From positions 58,838,001-58,902,000 of the forward strand of contig OX597821.1 in the NCBI GenBank assembly GCA_951406725.2: a DNA stretch of 64,000 nucleotides, written 5' to 3'. The notes under the pieces are model-generated. The model saw only the letters and a list, made by a program, of their open reading frames with translations. It did no database searches and was not told the DNA's origin. Every line of letters begins with the position of its first letter. The stretch's first letter is position 1. Origin of the DNA: Octopus vulgaris. Its lineage: Eukaryota. Position numbers and translations under genes: made by a program. Below are positions 23,882 to 37,388 of the stretch, piece by piece.

Positions 23882-24278
23882 TATTTAAGGGAATAAAATC
23901 CAAACTTACAAGGAAAAAAATTCAATTTAGAAATACTAAATCAAATTTCACACAATATAATATATATATATATATAAAAAATTAGAAAAAAACACCTTTT
24001 ATCAATTCAAAATGAAGAATTAAATTACGCCATCTAGAAAATTACATATAATAGAAAAGTTAAAATTAAAACAACAATAAAATGTAAAGATTAAGTAAAT
24101 TGCAAAAATAATAATAAAAAGATATATAATATACGTTTTTATTATTATTTTTGCAATTTACTTAATCTTTACATTTTATTGTTATTTTAATTTTAACTTT
24201 TCTATTATATATAATTTTCTAGATGGTGTAATTTAATTGTTCATTTTGAATTGATAAAAGTTGTTTTTTTTCTAATTT
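23882..24278. repeat. AT-rich near-perfect palindrome (arms ~23979-24120 / 24136-24278)
   Basis: Arms are reverse complements with few mismatches and a 15-nt spacer; flanked by (TA)n. Confidence 0.85.
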
Positions 24279-24321
24279 ATATATATATATATAATATGCC
24301 TACATGCATACATAACCATAG

Positions 24322-24362
<41 letters not shown>

Positions 24363-25028
24363 CACATACACATATATATGCTGCATATGTGCATATGTAA
24401 ATATGTCAATACATCATACATATTTATGCACACATGCAAAGTCCCTCACATGCACACGCCCAGTCACCCCCACTCCCAACCTACACACACACAAACACAC
24501 ATATACGCATGCATAAACATGCATGAAACTTTTCTTGTAAAATCCCATATGAACAAACAAACAAGGTTCATAAATGTACATAAATTACATCAAATTCAGT
24601 CATGCATTCATATTATTTTTTGTTATGCATCCATGCACTCATTCATGCATTTCATTAAGTATGCATATCTGCATATGTAAATGGCTTTATTTTGTTTTTT
24701 TTGTTTTTTGTTTTCTGCTTTTTTTTTTCTTTATTTTTGTAAGTACATTTTGAAGCACCTAAAAATGTTAGCATCATTTGCTTGTGATGTGTGGAGTTGG
24801 GTAAAGGAATCTAAATTTAGGCTTCTGATAAAACATTACATTCCAAGCAACACCTCCACGTCGTTAGTATGATTTAAAGCTTTCTGAAATTATATGATAT
24901 CTGACCAGAGTAGGATCTTGATGTGAGAAGATTAGTCATTTCCTTGTTATGGAAGCCTTTTTTTTTTTTTTTTTAATTATTAAAAAAAATGTTTCCATCT
25001 ATTTTTTAATTTTTTATTTATACAATAT

Positions 25029-25363
25029 AGGCGCAGGAGTGGCTGTATGGTAAGTAGCTTGCTTACCAACCACATGGTTCTGGGTTCAGTCCCACTGCAT
25101 GGCACCTTGGGCAAGTGACTTCTACTATAGCCTCGGGCCGACCAAAGCCTTGTGAGTGGATTTGGTAGACGAAAACTAAAAGAAGCCTGTCGTATATATG
25201 TATATGTATATATATATGTGATGTGTTTGTCCCCCCAACATCGCTTGACAACCGATGGTGGTGTGTTTACGTCCCCGTAACTTAGCGGTTCGGCAAAAGA
25301 GACTGATAGAATAAGTACTAGGCTTACAAAGAATAAGTCCTGGAGGTCGATTTCCTTGACTAA
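25029..25363 (+). mobile_element. SINE family B (tRNA head, CORE-like ccttgggcaagt), 3'-truncated
   Basis: A box tggctgtatggt, B box gggttcagtccc; probably related to the octopus OR-type SINEs (not verified). Confidence 0.85.
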
Positions 25364-25828
25364 AATATATATATATATATAAGTTTCAGCTGAGTTTAAT
25401 GTGTACATATGTGTATGTATGTGTATGTATGTGTATGTATATATGAATTTCTGCTGTTAAACCAGCACACTTGCAATGCTATGCAGCAGATGGGATGAGG
25501 GGATGCGAACTGAAATATGTGCAGTTAAGAAGCTCACTTTGTCAGCAGGTAGTTTCAGGTTCAGTCCTGATACACAGCGCCTTGGGGTCATTAATGCTAT
25601 GAGAGTGAATTCAGGAGACAGAAACTATGAGGAAGCTCAATACATACATGTGTGTGTCTGTGTGTGTGCATGTGTGTGTGTGTGTGTGTGTTTGTTTCCG
25701 TGCATGTGTGTGTGTATGTGTGTGTGTTTGTTTGTGTGTGTGTGTTTGTTTCCCTGCATGTGTGTGTGTATGTATGTGTGTGTGTGTGTGTGTGTTTGTG
25801 TATGTGTGTGAGTGTGTGTGTACATGTG

Positions 25829-26044
25829 TAAGGGGTTGCTGAAAAGTTCCTGGCTTTTGGTAAAAGAAAATACAGGAAGGTCAGTTTAATATGATTTCAT
25901 CCAGCCTATTCACCTCCCAGATTCATGCACTTGTTGCAGCGGTCCTTCAGTTTTTCTAAGCCTTGTAAAAGAACTCGGAATATTGGGCTTCAACTAGGCC
26001 TTATGTAATACCCTTAAAGCTGGGAACTTTTCTGAAACCCCTTG
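25829..26044. mobile_element. Mariner-type MITE inside the internal microsatellite of a decayed SINE B (~25515-26270)
   Basis: TIRs aaggggttgctgaaaagttcctggcttt / aaagctgggaacttttctgaaacccctt. Confidence 0.75.
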
Positions 26045-26409
26045 TATATGTATATATGTATGTGCATGTTTTTTTATGCTTGTCTCTCACCACTGCTTGA
26101 CAACCAGTATTAATTTGTTTATGTTCTAGTAACTTAGCAGTTCAGCAAAAGATTCTGACAGAATAAGCACCAGTCTTCAAAAAAAAAAAAAAGGTCAGGA
26201 ATCAATTTGTTTGGCTAAGCACTTCAAGGAGGTGCCCCAGAATGGTTGCAGTCCTATGACTAATACAGAAGATGATAGTGCATCTATCATATTCAGTGGA
26301 CATGAGAGATGCTCTACCATCATACCAAAGCAACCTCTTGAATTTTCTCAATCTGTTGTAGCTTTGTTCTTGTCAGTGATGCATCGATACATTATAGAAA
26401 AACAAAGTG

Positions 26410-26712
26410 TGGAGGCACATGACTTAGTGGCTTGGGTATTTGGCTCATCGTAAAGTTATGAGTTCGATTCCCAGCAGTGTATTGTGTTTTTGAGCACAAT
26501 ACTCTATTTCACATTGCTCCAGTCCACATAGCTGGTAATTGAAAGGACTACCCTTGTCACATTCTGTGTCACACTGAATCTCCCTGGGAACTACATTGAG
26601 GGTATGCTTGCCCGTGGAGTGCTTGGCCACTTGCACATTAATTTCATGAGCAGGCTGTTCTATTGATCAGGTCAACTGGAACCCTTGTCTTTCTAACCAA
26701 CAGAGTGCCAGT
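26410..26712 (+). mobile_element. tRNA-derived SINE family C
   Basis: B box gagttcgattccc; inverted copy at ~27478-27770; related heads at ~50170-50245 (-) and ~61768-62025 (+). Confidence 0.7.
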
Positions 26713-26817
26713 TATAGAAAAACTGGCGACGAGCTGGCAGTTATAGAAAAAAATAAGGCGGCGAGCTGGCAGTTATAGAAAAAATAAGGCGGCGAGCTGG
26801 CAGTTATAGAAAAAATA

Positions 26818-27052
26818 AGGCAGCGAGCTGGCAGACACGTTAGCATGCCAGGCAAAACGCTTAGCGGTATTTTGTCTGCCATTACATTCTGAGTTAAAAT
26901 TCCACCAAGGTCGACTTTGCCTTTCATCCTTTCGGGGTCGATAAATTAAGTACCAGTTATGCACTGGGGTCGATGTAATCGACTTAATCCGTTTGTCTGT
27001 CCTTCTTTGTCCCCTTTATCTTTAGCCCCTTGTGGACAATAAAGAAATAAGA
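26818..27052 (+). mobile_element. SINE family A, L1/Tx1-like tail, preceded by junction tandem repeats
   Basis: Head aaggcagcgagctggcag, tail ttagccccttgtggacaataaagaaata. Confidence 0.85.
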
Positions 27053-27477
27053 AAAACACAATCTTTCACTTTCATGGAAGTCTTTCATAAAGTATTTGAT
27101 TGCTTATTTTGAAGATATAAGGGTGTATACCCACATAAGTTTACTAATAGCTAGATCAGTAATGCTGCACTTCCCAGGGTGTTTGTTGTGCAATCAACTT
27201 AAGGTCAATAACGCGCAGTGCTAATAATATTAAAGCAACATGCTGTTCTGTGCACATTAACAGATGTTTCTTCATGCATAACTTAATCTCAACAACTATA
27301 TGCATGTATACATAGAAGTGGGAGTAATTTGTGTACGTATGCATCTTTTATATGTGTGTATGTCTATGTGCATCTGTATGCATGCATGCATGTGTGTGTG
27401 TATACATCATCATCCGCATCATCTTGTAACATTCATCTCTCATGTCGGCTTTGATTGGATGGTGTGGATGTGTTTAT

Positions 27478-27770
27478 TCCACTTGTGTTCCAATTGATCC
27501 AATCAACAGAAAATTAACAGGCAAGTAGCTGAGTACACCACAGACATGTTTACCCTTAATGTAGTTCTCAGGGAAAGTCAGCATGGCACAGAATGTGACA
27601 AAGTTGGCTCTTTGAATTACAGGTACAGCTCATTTTTGGCAGCTGGGTGGACTGGAGCAACATGAAATAGAGTACCTTGTTCAGGAACACAACACACTGC
27701 CAGGAATTGAACTCATGACCTTACGATTGTGATCTGACCATCCTAACCACTAAGCCACACACCTTCACTA
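27478..27770 (-). mobile_element. SINE family C
   Basis: Reverse-complement similarity to 26410-26700. Confidence 0.65.
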
Positions 27771-28559
27771 ATGTCTATCATCATTTAACGCCCATCTTTC
27801 ATGCTGACATTGGTTGGACGTTTTAATAGAATCACACTAACTTGGGGTCTGCATTGGTCTCCAATGTCAAGTTTGGCAAGGTTTCTATGGCTGGATGCTC
27901 TTCCCAATGCCAACCACTTTACAGAGTGTAGTGGTGCTTTTTGCATGCCACTAGCACTAGTGGGGTCACCATGTATTATGCAAGGCTCCTTCACAGAACA
28001 AGTGTGCAGTACTGTAGGAAGTGGCTTTGTGCCTGGTACAGAGAGGCTAAAATAGAAAAAGGGGCCGGATTAGATGTATTGCTGTAGAGGAGATTCATGG
28101 GTACCCTAGCAGGAAAGGAAGAAAGGATGGTGGAGATGAGGTATCAAGACATGTCTTCAAGGTATAAGAAAATGGTTTGAGAGAGAATAGGGGCAAATAA
28201 TCGAGGATGGATTAGTAGGTGAAGTGTAGGTGAGAATGAAAAGGCTCTTGATATTTTAATCAGAATGATAAATATATGAATAGTATTATTGCTATCAAAT
28301 AGCTCCAATCACCCCAACTTTAACAAAGAGGTAGTTGATAATTAAGTACTAAGAGAAACTCACAGTTTCAGCACACTGGATATCACATTTCTGTCTTGTT
28401 TGACGTTGCATTAAATTTTTGGGAATCTAATCGCTCGGGAATTATAAATGATGTAAAATTAATCTTAAAATATATAATTTATATTTTAATAAAGACATTC
28501 TTAAATTTCTTTCAGTATAAAATCTCTGCCTAGTAGGCAAATCTTTACTTGTGAACATG

Positions 28560-28950
28560 GTATAAGCAATGGGCCACCAACACTGTATTCACCTCCTGTG
28601 TATTTTAATTGTGGACTGGTGCATTGTCCTGGTTCTGGTGCTCTGGCCTTTTGTGACAAAATCTTTACTTGAACTCGCTCAAAACCTCCACAAAGTACTC
28701 TATGTTGACCATCTGGCCAGAGGGAACACAGTGAATGTTGATGATGCCCTTGGTATTGAAAAAGGGAATCATTGTGAACTTGCTTTGCCTGGCCTCTTGT
28801 GCCAGTGAAAAACAGATGCTTGGTTCATGCAAGTTAATTCATAAACAGCCTGGTGCATTTAATATTTTTCTGTCGCATTTTTGCTCAGTTTAACACAAAA
28901 CTTATTGCAAAGTGAGTTTCCAAATTGTCTTCATGTCCTGACTGCATTCT
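28560..28950 (-). mobile_element. Old mariner fragment
   Basis: Minus-strand QDNA motif (gcattgtcctg); otherwise decayed. Confidence 0.35.
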
Positions 28951-29999
28951 GACAAAAAAACGTCAGCAATGACAAACAATGTGTTTGTCACAGGGTGTGT
29001 TCAAAATGCTGTTATAGCCATCACTTTCAATCTGGAATAACAAAAGCTGGCAGGTCAGCTTATTAGATGCATAGTAAGGATATTCTAAAATTACAACAAG
29101 TTAGGGCAGTTATAACTGCCTCTCCTAAAAATTCTTCTTCTTCTTCTTCTTCTTCTTCTATGGCTCTGGGTCAACCAATGCTTTGTGAGTAAATCTGGAG
29201 GAAACTGTATGGAAGCCCAACATGTGTGTGTGTGTGTGTGTGTGTATCTATGTTTGTTTTTGTCTCCCACCCAACTGCTTTATGACCAGTGTTAGTTTGT
29301 TTATGTCCATGTAACTCAGTTAAGCAAAACAGATTGATAGAATAAATGCCAGACTTAAAAAAATAAGCACCAGGGTATGTTTGACCAAACCTTCAAGATG
29401 GTGCCCCAGCATGGCCACAGTCAAATGACTTAAACAAGTAAAAGATGGAAAGGAGATAGAATCAGGTCAACTGACCTTGAAAATACCATTCTATAAGGAA
29501 CTGTGAAGGAGGGTAAGAAAGAGAAGGGGGTAGAATAAAAAATGGACAGATAACATCATAGAAAAGACTGGTAGATCATTAGCAGACGTCTGAGGTCTGG
29601 TATGCAACTGTGACAAATAACAAAGATTGGTATACAGCTTGTCACAATGGCACCCCTATGATTTTGTCACTGAGGGTTCAAACAAACAAGTTATTAGCGT
29701 ATTGAGTACTGTATAGTCCAATCCTTGTTGTAGTGTACTGGTTTGTATGCCTTAACAATTTTGAGAGGTATACAAGTGGAATGCAAGCCCCTGGTAAGGT
29801 TTCCCATGCTGAAAAAGTTAAAGGATAGGGACCAGACTAATATGGAACACCTCTACATAGAGCTTAAGATGAGTTTGTGTAGGGCCAAGACCCCTGCCAA
29901 GAAAAAAAGCAAAGTTACAACAGAAGCATCACTGACATTTCAGAACCAATGAGACCTGGGAGAGGAAGGCCTTCCCTCAGGGAAATGTATAACATGGTG

Positions 30000-30245
30000 T
30001 AGCAAAATCCAAAAAGGATGGGGAAAGGCCACATTCTAAAGAAATCAATGTCTGGCATTAAATATCAAGCTCAGACCTGGAACCTACAAGAGAGGTGGAA
30101 AGGAGGATGCCCTAAAAATAGCTGGTGGTAGGATATTGAGGCAGAGCTGAAAAAGCAGAGAACCAACTGAAAAGAAGCAGAAAAGAAAAAACAAAGAACA
30201 GTGGAGAAGTCAGCAATGGCATGTACTTCATAGAGAGTGAAGAGC
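30000..30245 (+). mobile_element. Old RTE C-terminal remnant
   Basis: GHILKK...YQAQTWNLQERWKGGCPKNSW resembles RTE GHTLRK...QALTWNPQGKRKRGRPKNTW. Confidence 0.5.
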
Positions 30246-31208
30246 TAAATTAAGTATAGAGGGGCCATATTCTATTGATTACCAAAAGAATCATCATCGT
30301 CATCATCATCATCATCATCATCATTTAATGTCCATTTTCCATGCTGGCATGGGTTGGTTGCTTTGACAGGAGCTTGTAAGGCCAAAAGGCTGCACCAAGT
30401 TCAGTAGTCTGTTTTGGCTTGGTTTCTACAATTGGAAGCCTTTTCTGACACCAACCATTTTACAGAGTGCACTGGGGGATTTGCATGTTGCACCAGAACC
30501 AGTGCTTTTTTTATGTGGCACCAACACTAATGCTTGAAAAACAAAATCATCTCTGTGTGATGTTTAGCTCAAAAAATATCAAACAGCAAAGTAGAAATTC
30601 TAAGGCACCCAACCAAACTCCCTGCCATCTGAACAGTTTCAGTATTCTATCAATAGTAATAAGGATTTATCATGTTACTACAAACCACATACTTATAGGG
30701 GAGGAGTCAAGGATATTGAATCACCTCTCATTATATTACCAGCAAAGTTGATCCCAGCAGGATTTGAAGTCAATACATTAAGAGATGTAACTAAATATGG
30801 TGAGAAATTTACCCTGGTACTTTGCTGTTTCTCATACTCACTGCACTTTCTAACAATAACAATATTAACAACAACAAAAACATCAAAATATTGGAAACAC
30901 TATTTGCTGCCCAGCATGTAATGTAGTCTCTAACTAGCAAGCTCCTTTTTTTCTTCTCCTCCCACCAATGCCAACCAATGTCGTTAAATTGCAGCCATGG
31001 TGGTGCATTGTCATGAAGAATTTTTTGTTGACTTGATTGACCTCAGTGCTTATTTTTTTAAAGCTTGGTATTTATTCTGTTGGTTTCTATTACTGAACCA
31101 GTAAGTTACAGGGATGTAAACACACCAACATGGGTTATTAAGCAGTGGTGGGGGACAACCACAGACAAAACGACACACACACACACACACACATATTTAT
31201 ATATTATG

Positions 31209-31600
31209 AATGGCTGTGTGGTAAGTAGCTTTCTTACTAACCACATGGTTCCGGGTTCAGTCCCACTGCAGGGCACCTTGGGCAAGTGTCTTCTACTATA
31301 GCCTTGGGCCGACCAAAGCCTTGTGAGTGGATTTGGTAGATGGAAACTGAAAGAAGCACGTCGTATACAGGTATATATATATATATATTTGTGTGTCTGT
31401 GTTCCCCCCCCCCCAATCGCTTGACAACCAATGTTGGCATGTTTACGCCCCCATAAATTTGCGGTTCAGCAAAAGAGACCGACAGAATAAGTACTGGGCT
31501 TACAAAGAATAAGTCCTGGGGTCAATTTGCTCGACTAAAGGCAGTGCTCCAGCATGGCCACAGTCAAATGACTGAAACAAGTAAAAGAGTATAAAAAGGG
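31209..31600 (+). mobile_element. SINE family B, near full length (head-to-head with a partial minus copy at ~30985-31200)
   Basis: tRNA head, CORE-like motif, tail gactgaaacaagtaaaagag. Confidence 0.88.
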
Positions 31601-31616
31601 AGTATATATATATATG

Positions 31617-32797
31617 CAAGATGCAGTGAATAAACTGTCATCTAAATCAGTAGTTCCCAACAAGCTGCACCCCCCACCTTGTTTCTAAGGCCACATTTCT
31701 AGTGCCCCACCCACTCACCAACACAGACAGAAACCATCTTCTGCAGAAAATTCAAAACAACAATATTTCACAAATAAAACTTAACCTCATTAATCCTTTA
31801 CTTTGTTTTTTTTGACATCCATTGCCCCATTTTGGTTACCCCATTATTGCCCCTCTTTTCTTCAACACCCCACTGGATCTTTCTACTACCCAAGTGGGGT
31901 GAGGCGGTACAACCAACTTTGGGGACCACTGGTCTAAATTATGTAAAAATGAAAATAACATTGACATCTCATTTTAATAGATACATGCACCAAAATTACA
32001 TTAAAATATCTTGAAATATGAAAGAGTAAATTTATTCAATAAAATCGCCATTGGCTTCAACCATGGCCTCCAGACGACTTCGGAATCTCCTGCAACTCTT
32101 CTGAATGGTTTCCTTGTTTAAGTTGGTGAATGCTGCCAAAATCCTTGCCTTCAGTTCATCTTTGGTGTTACAAGGAGTTTTGTTGATCTCTCGTTCAACT
32201 GCGCCCTACACATAATAATCAAGGAGATTGTAGTCTGGGGAGTTAGGTGGCTAGATGTTAGGGGTGATGTGGTTGCAGAAATTGTCTGACAGCTATGACT
32301 GGGTTCGCCTGCTTGTGTGGCATGGTGCAGAGCCCTGTTGCCCGACATAGGGTCTTCCAGCATCCACCCTCTTGACCCTGGGCAGCACTACTTCCTCCAG
32401 GCACTTGATGTAGGCCACTGTGTTGAGTGTGAGGCCATGTAGGAAGATGAATGGAGGCATAATGTCACTGTCACTAGTGATCACTCCAAACACCATGATG
32501 TTGACTGGATGTTTGATTTTTATCACCCTTGGTACATGTTTTGGGGACAATCTGCCCTCAGATTGATACCCAAACACTCTGAAATGTTAGTATTGGAGCT
32601 TCCAGCACAAATACCAAGCAGTACAGCATGTCGTTTCCAAATTTCTGGCAGAGTGAATTGCATTATAATGCTGTTTTTCTCACAGATGGTGCCCAGCTGA
32701 CCCTACTATAATGTGTAGTTAACAAAATCAAAAACAAACAATGCGCATGGGCAAAATCTAAAATATAAGATGGCAACAATTTACCCATCACACCCTT
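31617..32797 (-). mobile_element. Tc1/mariner superfamily, maT(DD37D)-like internally deleted element
   Basis: KHPVNIMVFGVITSD, QQGSAPCH (QQDSAPCH-like), PPNSPDYNLLDY; degenerate TIRs at 31617-31643 and 32768-32797. Confidence 0.75.
31648..31931. mobile_element. hAT MITE nested at the end of the maT TIR
   Basis: TIRs cagtagttcccaa / ttggggaccactg; TSD atctaaat/gtctaaat. Confidence 0.8.
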
Positions 32798-33077
32798 TAT
32801 TCTTTTATTCTTTTATTTGTTTCAATCATTTGACTGCAACCATGCTGGAGCACCATCTTAAGGGGTTTTAGTCGAACAATAGGACCCCAAGACTTATTCT
32901 TTGTAAACCTAATACTTTTTCTATTGGTCCTTTTTGCTGAACCACTAATATTATGGGGACATAAGCATACCAACATCGGTTGTCAAGTAATGGTGGGGGG
33001 GACAAATACAGACACAAACACACAAATATATATGCCAGATTTATATACTCTAAATTTGTAGAAGAATTTGTCATTGG

Positions 33078-33149
33078 GGCAGCTTAGCTTGATGGTAAAG
33101 CACTTGACGTGTAATCACAGGGATGTGAGTTTGAGTCTCATGGCTGGCT
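33078..33149 (+). pseudogene. tRNA-like sequence (Thr-TGT-like anticodon loop), decayed
   Basis: Acceptor ggcagct/ggctggc, D arm gctt-gatggta-aagc, anticodon loop cgTGTaa, T arm gtgag-tttgagt-ctcat. Confidence 0.55.
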
Positions 33150-33257
33150 GGTGACAGATTTTTCTGCAAAATATGGATAGTTTATCCTGTTCATGTTATA
33201 TTATTAGCATTATCCTGTGTTTGAGAATAAAATTATTTCCTTATCTGTAATTTCAAT

Positions 33258-33332
<75 letters not shown>

Positions 33333-33335
33333 TAT

Positions 33336-33768
33336 GACTGGCACCCGTACCAGTGGAGCGCTAACAGCTCCATCCGAGTGGGATCACTGCCAGATTTCGT
33401 GCCGGTGGCATATAAAAAGCACCATTTGAGTGTGATCATTACCTGCATTGCTTTACTGGCACGTGAACAAAACATTTGTGCGAGGTCCTTGCCAGTGCTG
33501 CTGGACTGACTCCTGTGCAGGTGGCATGTAAAAAGCACCATATGAGCGTGGCTGTTGCCAGTACCGCCAGACTGACCCTTGTGCCGGTGGCACGTAAAAG
33601 CACCCACTACACTCTCAGAGTGGTTGGCGTTAGGAAGGACATCCAGCTGTAGAAACTCTGCCGGATCAAGATTGGAGCCTGGTGCAGCCATCTGGTTCGC
33701 CAGTCCTCAGTCAAACTGTCCAACCCATGCTAGCATGGAAAGCATACGTTAAATGATAATGATGATGA
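33336..33768 (+). mobile_element. RTE 3' UTR fragment
   Basis: Matches 3020-3414 and 42710-43176. Confidence 0.85.
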
Positions 33769-33782
33769 TATATATATATATG

Positions 33783-35265
33783 TACAATGGGTTTCTTTCA
33801 GTTTCCATCTACCAAATGGACTCACAAGGGTTTGGTACGCCTGAGGCTATAGTTGAAGACACTTGCCCAAGGTGCCATGCAGTGGGACTGGACCCGAAAC
33901 CATGTGGCTAGAAAGCAAGCTTCTTACCACACAGCCACGCCTGTGCTTATATATGTATATATGTATGTATGAGAGGCTTCTTTCAGTTTCTGTCCACCAA
34001 ATCCACTCACAAGGCTTCAGTTGACTTGAGGCTATAGTGGAAAACACTTGCTCAAGGTGCCACACGGTGGGACTGAACTCGGAACCATGTGGCTGTGAAG
34101 TAAATTTCTTACTACATGGCCATAACTTCACCTAATAGAAATATTGACCACCTACATTAAAAAGGGAATTTGTTTTATTTAAACAAATGTATATATCTAT
34201 TATCTTTTACTAGTTTCAGTCATTAGACTGTGGCCATGCTGGGGCACCATGTTGAAGAATTTTTAGTTGAATAAATCAACCCCAGTACTTTTTCTTTGTT
34301 AAGCTTGGTACTTATACTATCAGTATCTTTTGCTGAACTGCTAAGTTATGGGAACATAAACACGCTAACACCGGTTGTCAAGTGGTGGGGGACAAACACA
34401 CACACACACACACACAACTAGCTTCTTCAGTTTCTGTCTACCAAATCCACTCACACTTTGGTCAGTCCAAGGCTATAGTAGAAGACAACTTGCCCAAGGG
34501 ACTGAACCCAGAACTATGTGGTTGGGAAGCAAGCTTCTTACCACACAGCCACGCCTGTACCTATAAATGTATAAAAGTTTACATTTTCAACCTTTTCTTA
34601 TTTTTTATGTATATGTGTGTGTGTGAACATATATATATATCTATATATATACATATATATATATATGTGTGTGTGTGGATGTGTGAACCTATTGAATAGG
34701 AATACAAATATGGCACATTTAACTAGCTTGAAAATATTATGAACAGCCATTATTAATTTTCAATTATTATTAATGTCTCATCAGAGGTATCTGTATCTCT
34801 TAAATAATCCCAGAGAAACAATTAGCCAATCTGTTTGGCATTAGGAAGGGCATCCAGCTGTAGAAACTTTGCCAGATCAGATTGGAGCATGATGCAGCCT
34901 CCTGGCTTGCCAGTCCTCAGTCAAACTGTCCAACCCATGCCAGCATGGAAAGCAGACTTTAAATGACGAGGACAATGATGACACCATGGAAAATGGACAT
35001 TAAAGGATGATGATGACATATATCTATATATACTCTTTTACTCTTTTACTTGTTTCAGTCATTTGACCATGGCCATGCTGGAGCACCGCCTTTAGTTGAG
35101 CAAATCAACCCCAGGACTTATTCTTTGTAAGCCCTGTACTTATTCTATCAGTCACTTTTTGCCGAACCTCTAAGTTACGGGAACGTATACACACCAGCAT
35201 TGGTTGTCAAGTGATGTTGGGGGTGGTGGTGGACAAACACAGACACACAAACATACACACACACA

Positions 35266-35345
<80 letters not shown>

Positions 35346-35855
35346 TACATATATACGACGGGCTTCTTTCAGTTTCCGTCTACCAAATCCACTCACAAGA
35401 CTTTGGTCGGCCTGAAGCTATAGTAGAAGACACTTGCCTAAGGTACCACGCAGTGGGACTGAACCCAGAACTATGTGGTTGATAAACAAGCTACTTACCA
35501 CACAACCACTCCTATGCCTATATATATAAATATATCAGTCATTTGACTGTGGCCATTTTCTTTAAAGTTTGGTACTTGTTCAGTTGTCTTTTTTTTCTCA
35601 AACAACTGAGTTGCAGTGGCGTAAATAAACCAACATGACTTATCAATCAGTGGTGGAAGAAACACCAGCATGAAAACACAGACACACAGTGGGCTTCCAT
35701 ACAGCTTCCATCAATCAAATTCACTCACAAGACAATTGATCGGCTTAGGGCTATAATGGAAAACACACGCCCACGTTACTGCACTGTGGAACTGAACTCA
35801 AAACCACATGGGCTGTAAAATGAGATCCTTTACTACACACTCATGCTTGTGCTTG
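33783..35855 (-). mobile_element. Cluster of five SINE family B copies or fragments (33783-33950, 33970-34130, 34200-34560, 35031-35520, 35535-35855) plus an RTE tail (34833-35015, +)
   Basis: Repeated cttctttcagtttccgtctaccaaatccactcacaagg...gggactgaaccc motifs. Confidence 0.8.
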
Positions 35856-35857
35856 TA

Positions 35858-35910
<53 letters not shown>

Positions 35911-37068
35911 TCAACACTTAATGTCTATTTTCTATGCTGGCATGGGTTGGATGGCTTGACAGGAGCTGTCAAGGCCAAGGGCTGTCCCAGATTCCATAGT
36001 CTGTTTTGCCTTGGTTTCTACATCTTGATGCCCTACATATGCCAACCACTTCAAAGGATGTTCTAGGTACATTTTACATAGGACCATCACCCACCAACAT
36101 TAATGCTTTTTGCATGGCACCTTTGTTTTAGGATCTCAATTCTGTTGTGGTGGGCGGGTCTTCTTCAGATATGTATGTATATATGTATGTATGTATGTAA
36201 AATGCGTTATAAAACAAGAATGGTTTTGTTTCTGGTGCTAGGGTTATGGTGATAAATAGATTGTCTGATGGAGTCACAGATGAATTTGATAGGAAATGGG
36301 TTAGTTGCCTAAACATAAATCTGATCATGTAGACGAATTCTAACATTTCGTCAACGAACAAATTTGTATGTCGACATATGACACTCAATCCTCTACTTCA
36401 TTTCTTGAAGTTAGCTTTCTTTTTAAAAAAAATATATCTTTGTAGCAATTTTTTTAAAATGTTAAAAAAAAATGGACTGAAATACTATTTCATACTTTTA
36501 TAGATCTCAGAGACATATTCTCTGTTAGTGAAAGCTAAGCCTTTGCAATTTGACGTGTTTATATAATATTTATATTAATCATTATATGAATTCTGAAGAA
36601 TTACTTTAGAAAGGAGTGAAGGAATTAATCTAAGCCTAGGATATGTCAAGGCAGCTCAAATATCCATAAACAATCAAAGGACTTGTGAGCTCATTAGTTA
36701 GATATAGAAATATAAATGGTGCAGTGCTGCTTGCTATTCCTGCTTTCAAAGAATAATTTTTTTCTTTTTTTTTTTTTTTTTTAATAATGACATTTTCATT
36801 GAACTAACACAAAAATAAGTTAATAGATTTTAATATATGATATATTTTTCATAAAATGAAATTATACTCTAAGTAGGGTACCTAGCTGAAAAATTTGTCC
36901 TTCAATTACACACACACACACACACAAGCCAATATCTAAGCAAGAAGCTCAAAAAGCCGGTTCGACAAAGGTGGAAAGTGGAAAGATAATTACAATAGCG
37001 GTGCTCCAGCATGGCCACAGTCATTGGACTGAAACATATAAAAGAATAAAAGAATGTATATATGTGCA

Positions 37069-37124
<56 letters not shown>

Positions 37125-37154
37125 AGTCTGTCTGTTTATATATATGTATATACA

Positions 37155-37193
<39 letters not shown>

Positions 37194-37318
37194 CATCATC
37201 ATCATCATCATCATTTAGCGTCCGTTTTCCATGCTAGCATGGGTTGGACAGTTCAACTGGGGTCTGTGAAGCCAGAAGGCTGCATCAGGCCCAGACTGAT
37301 CTGGCAGTGTTTCTACTG

Positions 37319-37388
<70 letters not shown>

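Noticed and set aside
26709-26833. CRISPR-like 31-bp repeats
   Set aside because: No unique spacers, eukaryotic context, derived from a SINE junction.
33078-33149. Functional tRNA-Thr gene
   Set aside because: Acceptor mismatch, bulged anticodon stem, no U33 and TTT instead of TTC in the T loop.
36195-36400. Non-repetitive CpG-containing stretch with an 86-aa minus ORF
   Set aside because: No recognisable domain, ATG context or splice structure.
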